Positions 56,570 to 64,000 of a DNA stretch of 64,000 nucleotides are shown here, piece after piece; positions within the stretch are counted from its first letter, which is position 1, and the number at the start of each line of letters is the position of its first letter. Position numbers and translations under genes: made by a program. The notes below the pieces were generated by a model, which had not been told where the DNA came from, ran no database searches, and was given only the letters and a program-made list of their open reading frames with translations. Origin of the DNA: a virus (Duplodnaviria > Caudoviricetes). Location: positions 53,974 to 117,973 of IMG/VR virus record IMGVR_UViG_3300028048_000086. The stretch is one strand, 5' to 3'.

Positions 56570-56972
56570 TATGGTTCTCGATGGAGTAGTGGCCAGAGAG
56601 AACCCGACTTTGGTGTTCGTATCTCCTTGCGATCTCCTCTCTTCTAGGTGAACGGAAGAGAGGAGATATTACCGGTCAGAGAAGGCAATACCTTTGATAG
56701 ACCGATCACCTACTTTCACCTCTATCGCTTTCAAGGTGAATGAAAGCGCGGCCCGAAGAAGGCGACCTTTCCGGATAGCCTAGGAATAGAAGTCCCCGGA
56801 AAGGCTTTATGATTCGAACGAGGCAATACCTCGGAAGAATCTATTTTCAAGTTCATAGACCCAGACGGTCAGATGAACGACGGTTATCTCGATGATCGTA
56901 GTTTTTTAGGAGAAGATCCGTCTCCGATATCTGAAACTGATCGAGAGTCCTAGGCATGACATAACTGCCTAT
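56570..56972 (+). ncRNA. candidate structured RNA (about 400 nt) between tRNA-Trp and the CAU tRNA
   Basis: ORF-free run of hairpins; two AGGCAATACCT elements. Confidence 0.4.
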
Positions 56973-56979
56973 TTATCAT

Positions 56980-57056
56980 GCTCCTCTAGCTCAGTTGGTT
57001 AGAGCATCCGGCTCATAACCGGCTGGTCCTCAGTTCAAGTCTGAGGGGGAGCACCA
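56980..57056 (+). tRNA. tRNA with CAU anticodon (Ile2 or elongator Met)
   Basis: CCGG-CTCATAA-CCGG arm; paired G1-C72, so not an initiator; CCA end. Confidence 0.88.
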
Positions 57057-57227
57057 TTGAAAAATAAATCTGAAGAAGGTGATGCCATTATTTTCGTAGA
57101 AGGACTTATTCTAGGTTTATTCCTCGGATCTATCGGCTCAGCTTTGGTAGTATGCTTCTTTATCGGAGCCGGGGCATCACGTCGATAGATAAATTCATAT
57201 CCGCCGTAAGGCCGGCGGGATAATAAA

Positions 57228-58473
57228 TAGGCACGGGTTCAGAGATCGTCAGAGCCAGCCCCGCCTGGAGGGCCGTTACAAACGAATATCCAGGAGTACC
57301 AGCAAAGACGATCCGTCGTCACGGACTAAAGAGGACAACCCCATCCGTGACCTCATTCCTTCCGGTCCTGAGAAAGACTGGATGCTCGACTTACCGAGGA
57401 CCCACCTATCGCTCCGGCGGTATGGTCTGGTTGATCCTCGATAGAAGAGCTTTCCTTTTTGCGGATAGGAGAGGGTTAAAAATCCGCCGTCGAAGAAAAT
57501 AATGTCTTCGGGATGACATCCGAAAGACGCCCCGAAAGTCAAACGGGTACCGTCAGCGTAAATGACGGATCATGGAGAGTTCTCCAAGTTTCTTCGCTCC
57601 ATGATTAACTTTAATAGCTACGCCGCCTGAATAAGGCTCGCGGACGCGCGAAATAGACAGTACGATCCTCGAGGGAGAGATCGGGCGTGCTCGTCATGAT
57701 GGAAAATGCAGGTAGTGCAGTCGGTAACGATACTTCTTCGGAAGGGCCACGGAAACGCAAGTAGGATTATCGGAAGTGGATGCATGATGACGAGAAATAA
57801 TCATCCGGACGCCTGACCCGTCAAAGCCAGGAAAGAACCTTGCACTTCTCGAACAAGTAAAATAATCGAGGCAAGCCGTACCGCTACGGATGAAAAACAA
57901 GCGGCGCAGAAACTAGATAAGGCGGGTAGAATTTGCCCGCCAGCCTATAGTATAGGTACCTCCGACGCGAAAGATGCGAGGAAGACGCGGAGTTGCAGGT
58001 GTTCGCCGCGTCTATGCTCTGATATAGATGTCTATCCCCTGAAATATAAATGGGCATCCAAATGATCGTATCAAGAGCATTCCTTAAGCAGACGATTCTC
58101 TTCCGACGGTGACGTCGGATATATCGTACCGATATTCTATTGAGTCAGTGTAGGGGCAAGAGATAGGATATACGATACGTGATGGAGCATTTCTCTTATG
58201 TTTGGATACAAGAGGAATGGGTGGGTAAAATCGTCGCCGGGTGGCGAGAACGTAATATCTCGATATATCGTACGTGACTTTTATGCTTTTAAATCGTACG
58301 ATGAATTAAAAGAAGCATACGTCGAAGCATCTGCCGCCGGGAAAGGCGGGAAAGCGATTATGACGCAGGTCGGTAAACAATATACGACCACCCTTATACG
58401 TGAATAAGGGGAGCCACGGAGTTAGCCGTCGACGGCGATGAACGTCGATGGCGAGATGAGGTCGCCGTGCCTA
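57228..58473 (+). ncRNA. candidate very large structured RNA (GOLLD-like by context only)
   Basis: TAGGCACGG/CCGTGCCTA end pairing, dense hairpins, almost no plus-strand coding. Confidence 0.45.
58198..58407 (+). CDS. small hypothetical protein
   Basis: 69 aa, GGAG RBS; lies inside the candidate RNA. Confidence 0.4.
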   Translation: MFGYKRNGWVKSSPGGENVISRYIVRDFYAFKSYDELKEAYVEASAAGKGGKAIMTQVGKQYTTTLIRE

Positions 58474-58622
58474 ATAAAAAACGTATATAAAACGTTTTTT
58501 ATTCTGTTTCGGACTCTAGCCAATGAGTGGATTGAAGACATAACGCGGACGAAGAGTGAGACTCTCGGAGACCGCTCATTGATATGATAATTCGCTCAAT
58601 CGTGGAAGAAAGAGCGAGAAAA

Positions 58623-58657
58623 GATAGCGTTGATGATATTCAGTCAACGCTATTCTT
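58623..58657 (+). terminator. terminator-like hairpin
   Basis: ATAGCGTTGA/TCAACGCTAT stem followed by TCTT. Confidence 0.5.
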
Positions 58658-58770
58658 ATAAAGAGGGCAAGAGCCTTCTCTGTAGAGTAATATATAATCA
58701 GCAAAAGACTTCTAACGAGATATTCTCCGTGGAAGTTAATTCGTGAATATCAAAAGAGGAGGCTTTTTAT

Positions 58771-59367
58771 TTGGCTAGTAAGAATAAGCTCGTTAGCCTG
58801 TATAATTTAAAGCGTTTCCTGGATTACCTTCGCACGGGATTCACGGCCCCAAAGTCAAAATGCGATGCACTAGGAAATGTTATCGATACAACCTACCTTC
58901 AGAAGAAGGATGTCATGGGAGATGAATCTTCCGATTCTTCCTCCGGAGGAAAATTTCTTCGCGTCGGTGACGATGGTGTCCTGAATGTCGGTCAGGAGAT
59001 CGATCTTCATATTGACATCGAGGGCGTAGACAAGGCGACGACGAAGACGAAAACCATCAAGCTGAAATTTGATGGCGATTGTCTCGTCAGCGATGTTCCG
59101 ATTAAGGCCGAGATTTATAACACCGCTGAGCCTACGAGAAAAGATATTAGCGTCGCAGACGAAGCGAAGTCGGTTCACTGGAAAAATATCAAAGATAAGC
59201 CAGACGGTTATCCGCCACTGATGCATACTCATGATGACTACGTGAAGAAGTCTGAACTGAGCATGAAGGAAGGCGATGTTACCCTCGACGTTCTCGGTAT
59301 TCGAGTACAGAATACGATGATCGTGCCTACGACGGATAGTGGCGTAGGAAATTTCTGGATTTCGTAA
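58771..59367 (+). CDS. tail fiber-related protein
   Basis: GAGGAGG RBS; DALGNVIDTTY and WKNIKDKP..PP..HTHDDY fiber-type motifs. Confidence 0.6.
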   Translation: MASKNKLVSLYNLKRFLDYLRTGFTAPKSKCDALGNVIDTTYLQKKDVMGDESSDSSSGGKFLRVGDDGVLNVGQEIDLHIDIEGVDKATTKTKTIKLKFDGDCLVSDVPIKAEIYNTAEPTRKDISVADEAKSVHWKNIKDKPDGYPPLMHTHDDYVKKSELSMKEGDVTLDVLGIRVQNTMIVPTTDSGVGNFWIS

Positions 59368-59382
59368 AGAAAGGAAGCTTTT

Positions 59383-62300
59383 ATGTCTGGTAAAATCAAA
59401 CGTCACGTTCGGCCGACAAGCTTCCCTCTTCCGAGGCCCATTCGAGAATACAGAGTAGATGGTAAAAGTAATCGAAGCTTCGTTATCTTTCTGAGTGGTG
59501 ACGGACGTGTTTATGGATACGGAAATAATTCATACGGACAATTAAATATCAGCGATATCAGAGATGCCTGCGATATTGCCGTTTCCTGCCGCACATCTTT
59601 CTTCGTCAGAATGGATGGAACGGTCGTTGGACGAGGAGTTTATGCGAATGTAGCGAATAGCTGGAAGAATATCGTTCGTATTACTGGTGGATACGACGGC
59701 ATCGTCGGTTTAAAAGAAGACGGCACTCTCGTTTCTGCCGGCACGGCGGGCCCTGCGATCGATGTTTCCGGGTTAAAAGATATTGTCCAGATTTCTAGCT
59801 GCGGTTATTCGCTATTGGCTTTGGCTTCCGATGGTACTGTATATTATCGGAAGAACCCCCATATGCCAGGCTATGTTCGGCAGAATGGTAATGGCGAGAA
59901 CTGGGACGGAATTAAAGCCGTAGAGGTTCAGTCCACCGTTTATCTATCCAGCGTCCTTCTACCAGATGGTTCCGTAATTTCTAGGGGCTATCCGACGAGT
60001 GGATATAACTTCGTTCAGGGGCGCAAAGATGTCGCATCTCATAGAATCAGTGCTCGCGAGGGTATCGCGCTGCTGGATGATGGTACGCTGGTTCAGAGAG
60101 GCATCGGCGGTTTTACGAATCAAACGAATGTCGTAGCTCTCTGCGATCTTCCGACGACCGAGAGTGGCGATTCCGATCATTTGACTTTCGCTGTCATCAA
60201 AGATACGGGAGAAGTCGTAAGCTTTTACGGAAATCGATATGGCAACGGACTCAAACTAGCCATCCCGAATGGATTTAAGTGGCGCGACTATCATGATATC
60301 GCGCTTCTTCATATGAATGGAAGTCTCGTAAATGATGCCAAGAAGACGGCTATATTCACGAGAGATTCCGGAGAAGCTAACTTTGATACGGTTTCAAAGT
60401 TCTATCATACATCACTGCATTTTAAGAGCGGAGATTCTATCGCCTGCGGATGCGATGATGACGGAATTACTCTTGGCAATAAGTTCACGATTGATTTCTG
60501 GGCGAAATGCGAGAACTGGAAAAACTATCTGGCTTTCTTCTCAATCGGGAAGAAGAATTCCGCGTTCGGATTATTTACTCAGAACTGGAACAATGAATCT
60601 GCTGAGATTTGCCTCGGAAAATACAATGATACGAATGCATCATTCCATATGAATATGGATAATGAATGGCATCATTACGCTGTTACGTATGATGGCAAGG
60701 CATTCAACCTGTATATCGATGGCAAGAAGAAGATTGATAACTTCATCTTCGAACTTACCGTCAAGAAAGATGACGTAATCCGTTTCGGCGGGTTGTCGAC
60801 GGCGAGCAAAGATTTCTGGTTCAGCGGATATATCGATGAAATTCGAATTTCCGACTGTGTTAGAGATGATTCCGAGTTCAATCCGCCGGAAGCTCCGTAT
60901 ATCGCTTCCGGTAATTATACGACAGAGTCTCTGAAAGACTCGTATTACTACTCTCTTCATCGGAGAGACAAGAAAATTGATTCTGATATCGCTACGCCAA
61001 ACGCTATCGAGTATCTTCCAGAATGGAGCAAGCATAAGATAAATTTCTGGATTGAGCGCCCGGAAGTTTATTCATGGATTCCGTGCCAGGAAACTGGCGA
61101 CGAGATGCTGGGCCATAAATGGAATAAGATCGGGGACATCAAATTCGATAATGATGCCACGAAGAACAAGGGCGATATCGGATATGGCTATCTCCGCGTT
61201 GACAATACGCAGGGGAAGAACAGTTATCTTGTTCGAGAAACGGATGTCACGTCAGATTATGGTTTCAGCTGCTGGTTCCGTCTGGCATCGACGAGTGGGC
61301 AATTCTCGATTATCGGATCCAGCGGATTTAATATAACGGCTACTATTATTGGCGGTGGAAGAGCTCGGATACAGCTTGGATTCAATGTTAATAACGCGAA
61401 GATGAAGACCGTCGCTGGTTTCAATCGTACGATCGGAGATTACGAGTTAAACGTATGGCATCATGCGTTCGTGTATAGCGTCAGCGGAAGATTCCGCGTA
61501 GCTATCGATGGTAAGTGGGCCGGAGAAGAGTCCATTGTTCCCGAAGACGAAGCTCCGGTTGAAACTCTCGGTGGATGGAATAATCCTACGGTCGGTGCCA
61601 ACAAGAGTATCATTGATTACTGCGAGATTTATACGGTCAAATCGAAGACTCCTTTATGGGAAGGAATGTCGGAGAATGGTTTCCGCCCGCCGATGACGAC
61701 GTATCCATTCGCGGTGCGAGGCGGAAGATTATATGAGCATCGTTTCGCTCCGCTGATTCAGGATATCGTAAATCCTAAGATTGGATGCCGCATCGAAGAT
61801 TCCGTTTATGGCAGAGATCCGTTCGTAGATATCGAGAACTGCGATAAAGAGCATCAGATTATCCATATAACTAACGTAAATAACACGCCGAAAGATATCA
61901 CGGGAAGAACCATTTGGAACATGACCAACGTATATCCTAAAGATATCTATGCGTTAGCCCCGCTGGATTTCCATCACGGGAACACCTGGGGAAATCTCGT
62001 AAAGAATAACAGCGATGGGCACGATATCATTCTTGGAACATCGAATTTTACGTTCCTCATCGATCTTTGCTTGCAAGGTTCCAAGGAAGGACTTACTTCA
62101 GGAGTCAACAATCAATCGAGTTATATCGTTGACGGAGAAAGATTCGCCCTTCATATGGCGATTTCTCCGGACTTAAGGAATATCGTATTAGATTGCTCGA
62201 CGCAGAATCGATATATATACATCAAAGATGTAAATTTCCAGATAGGAAAAGAATATCGCGTCATCCTCCAGAGACGAGACGGAGTCCTGAGCGCCTGGGT

Positions 62301-62583
62301 TAACGGCATGAACGTATTGAAAGATACTCCATGCGCTTATAACTTAAGCGGCAGAATCTTGTATCTCTGTGGAAATAATACGGGAAACGTAAATACGACG
62401 CTGAATGGATCCATTAGAAATATCGTTATCTGGGATAAGGCGCTGGTCGATGTTCAGCAGACGGTAAAAGAAATAGAGAATATCTTCTCTATTCAGAAAA
62501 AGTGGCAACTTGATAGCGAAAAAGCAATTTTCCATGGAGATCTGAAGAAAGGAGCAAATAGATGGCAATTCAGTTTCCAGTGA
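59383..62583 (+). CDS. RCC1/BLIP-II-repeat plus LamG (ConA-like) domain protein, putative adhesin/receptor-binding protein
   Basis: GRVYGYGNNSYGQL and repeated LxxDGTV; FTIDFW..WHHYAVTYDG..LYIDG..GYIDEIRIS; two further LamG-like units. Confidence 0.75.
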   Translation: MSGKIKRHVRPTSFPLPRPIREYRVDGKSNRSFVIFLSGDGRVYGYGNNSYGQLNISDIRDACDIAVSCRTSFFVRMDGTVVGRGVYANVANSWKNIVRITGGYDGIVGLKEDGTLVSAGTAGPAIDVSGLKDIVQISSCGYSLLALASDGTVYYRKNPHMPGYVRQNGNGENWDGIKAVEVQSTVYLSSVLLPDGSVISRGYPTSGYNFVQGRKDVASHRISAREGIALLDDGTLVQRGIGGFTNQTNVVALCDLPTTESGDSDHLTFAVIKDTGEVVSFYGNRYGNGLKLAIPNGFKWRDYHDIALLHMNGSLVNDAKKTAIFTRDSGEANFDTVSKFYHTSLHFKSGDSIACGCDDDGITLGNKFTIDFWAKCENWKNYLAFFSIGKKNSAFGLFTQNWNNESAEICLGKYNDTNASFHMNMDNEWHHYAVTYDGKAFNLYIDGKKKIDNFIFELTVKKDDVIRFGGLSTASKDFWFSGYIDEIRISDCVRDDSEFNPPEAPYIASGNYTTESLKDSYYYSLHRRDKKIDSDIATPNAIEYLPEWSKHKINFWIERPEVYSWIPCQETGDEMLGHKWNKIGDIKFDNDATKNKGDIGYGYLRVDNTQGKNSYLVRETDVTSDYGFSCWFRLASTSGQFSIIGSSGFNITATIIGGGRARIQLGFNVNNAKMKTVAGFNRTIGDYELNVWHHAFVYSVSGRFRVAIDGKWAGEESIVPEDEAPVETLGGWNNPTVGANKSIIDYCEIYTVKSKTPLWEGMSENGFRPPMTTYPFAVRGGRLYEHRFAPLIQDIVNPKIGCRIEDSVYGRDPFVDIENCDKEHQIIHITNVNNTPKDITGRTIWNMTNVYPKDIYALAPLDFHHGNTWGNLVKNNSDGHDIILGTSNFTFLIDLCLQGSKEGLTSGVNNQSSYIVDGERFALHMAISPDLRNIVLDCSTQNRYIYIKDVNFQIGKEYRVILQRRDGVLSAWVNGMNVLKDTPCAYNLSGRILYLCGNNTGNVNTTLNGSIRNIVIWDKALVDVQQTVKEIENIFSIQKKWQLDSEKAIFHGDLKKGANRWQFSFQ

Positions 62584-64000
62584 TAGATAGCCATACGATT
62601 GCCCAGATCGATTGGACAGACGGCTCTTTTAAGGATCGAGTCGGTAAGGTCTCGTGGAACATAAACGGAAACCCTACGATAGAGAAAGATGACTCTTATG
62701 ACTATGGTTTTCGTGGAAACGGAAGCAGCAGTTATGCTGCGAACGTGAATATACATGGAGACTGGACGCTCGAAGTTTTGGTGCAGGTTGTCTCGACACC
62801 TTCTTCAGAATCCAATCTATTCGGCTTCGCGAATAGCCCGGCCGGAGGCAACGGAAGCGGAAATATCTTCTCTTTCTCTACTGGCACAGTAAATCGCATC
62901 CTCGCCGCCGGAGGAGTAAAAGTCGCGTGGGAAGGAGTCCCTAGCGGCCTGAAGCATTTCGCGCTGGTCGTGAGTTCGGGTAAGATGCATTTCTATACGG
63001 ATGGATCCGATGCGGGAAATACGATCGGAAATTCGTTGATGTCATCTCCTACGAACTACGCGATGTTTGGCGGCAGCGGCCTTGATACCGGCCGCATGTC
63101 GAGTAACTTCAGACTAATCTGGGGAAGAGTTTCCAACGTCGCACGTTACACTTCGAATTTCAACGTATTTAATGTACTTCCGGCTCCTAAACCATCGACA
63201 CCCCCTACGCCACCTTCTGATTCAGGCTCAGGTTCGGGTTCTTCGACGACACCTCCGTCATCAGGCGGCACTACGACACCGGGAGAGACGAAACCAACTG
63301 TCGCGAAGAGAAAGGGGTATATTCAGTCAACGGAGCCAATTGATCTTACAAGCTTGGTTGATTTCAAAGACGGTTTCGCGATTGATGGAAACGAGCCTGC
63401 AAATACTCGCCGGAGAGTAATCTTCGGTATCGAGGATGTATGGTATAAGTTCCTTGTCAATGAGTACGGAGTTGCTTCCCTTCAAAAATGCTCGACACAG
63501 AACATTACGGAAGATTCTGTTCTGGAAGAAGGAAATACAATTGAAGAGCTTCTAAGTATCAAAGATATGACTGTCGTCGCGGGATACAAAGCCTATCCAT
63601 TAATAGCGATGGGAGTATATGATGGCGCGACTACGACCCCAACGATTCATATGGGATGTTCCTGGTGGGAGCGTCAGGATGGTCAGTCAATGAAGTGGTC
63701 GAAGAATGCTTACGGCATCGTCCTCGACTTCGCTGGCAACACCACCGGTATTTGGAAACGTGTTGACGCTACTGGTAACGACCTTGATAAGTATCTTCGA
63801 GAAGAAGACGAGAAAAAGCTTCCGAAGAACGCGAAATCGATCGGTATCTGTTATGCTGATTCAAGCAGCGCTATCGGTACATGGAGACGTGTCAACGAAG
63901 ACGGCAGTGACTTTGACAAGAGTCTCCAGGAAGAGCAGGATGCTAAACTTCAGAATCCGACCGATGCTATCGCATCCGTTCTTATGAATGGTGCCGGTAT
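62562..64000 (+). CDS. LamG-like domain protein with Pro/Ser/Thr linker (partial; runs off the window)
   Basis: Not in the track; AAAGGAG RBS; MAIQFPVIDSH..DWTLEV..HFALV..YTDG..RVSNVARYTSNF; the same frame is open at the window end. Confidence 0.7.
   Translation, partial: MAIQFPVIDSHTIAQIDWTDGSFKDRVGKVSWNINGNPTIEKDDSYDYGFRGNGSSSYAANVNIHGDWTLEVLVQVVSTPSSESNLFGFANSPAGGNGSGNIFSFSTGTVNRILAAGGVKVAWEGVPSGLKHFALVVSSGKMHFYTDGSDAGNTIGNSLMSSPTNYAMFGGSGLDTGRMSSNFRLIWGRVSNVARYTSNFNVFNVLPAPKPSTPPTPPSDSGSGSGSSTTPPSSGGTTTPGETKPTVAKRKGYIQSTEPIDLTSLVDFKDGFAIDGNEPANTRRRVIFGIEDVWYKFLVNEYGVASLQKCSTQNITEDSVLEEGNTIEELLSIKDMTVVAGYKAYPLIAMGVYDGATTTPTIHMGCSWWERQDGQSMKWSKNAYGIVLDFAGNTTGIWKRVDATGNDLDKYLREEDEKKLPKNAKSIGICYADSSSAIGTWRRVNEDGSDFDKSLQEEQDAKLQNPTDAIASVLMNGAG

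Noticed and set aside
57228-58473. tmRNA, RNase P RNA or group II intron
   Set aside because: No tRNA-like ends with a tag ORF, no GAGGAAAGUCC motif, and no GUGYG start or clear domain V
59383-64000. Diversity-generating retroelement acting on the adhesin genes
   Set aside because: No reverse transcriptase or adenine-variant repeat pair was seen in this window

Overview
This 64 kb window comes from a large contractile-tailed (myovirus-type) phage. The host is probably a Bacillota member, inferred from AGGAGG ribosome-binding sites (RBS), DnaA boxes and a parS-like site. Positions 1-33.3 kb (minus strand) are the virion and packaging module: intein-containing terminase, portal, prohead protease, major capsid, head-tail proteins, sheath, a tail tube gene split by two group I introns around a 14-nt micro-exon, tube paralogs, chaperones and the start of a probable tape measure gene. 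Inside that module sit a Rep_3 initiator with iterons and DnaA boxes, plus a parS-like palindrome, which suggests a phage-plasmid. Positions 33.4-64 kb (mostly plus strand) carry a YonO/eukaryotic-RdRP-like RNA polymerase apparently split into two genes just after its DFDGD loop, an SF1B helicase, and small genes each preceded by a repeated CCCCTNATAWAACT promoter-like cassette. They also carry a second, rolling-circle-type Rep beside a 1.7 kb non-coding region, an AEP primase, 10 tRNAs interleaved with up to three large structured RNAs (one ROOL-like), and LamG/RCC1 adhesin-like genes. All family calls come from manual motif recognition; no searches were run.
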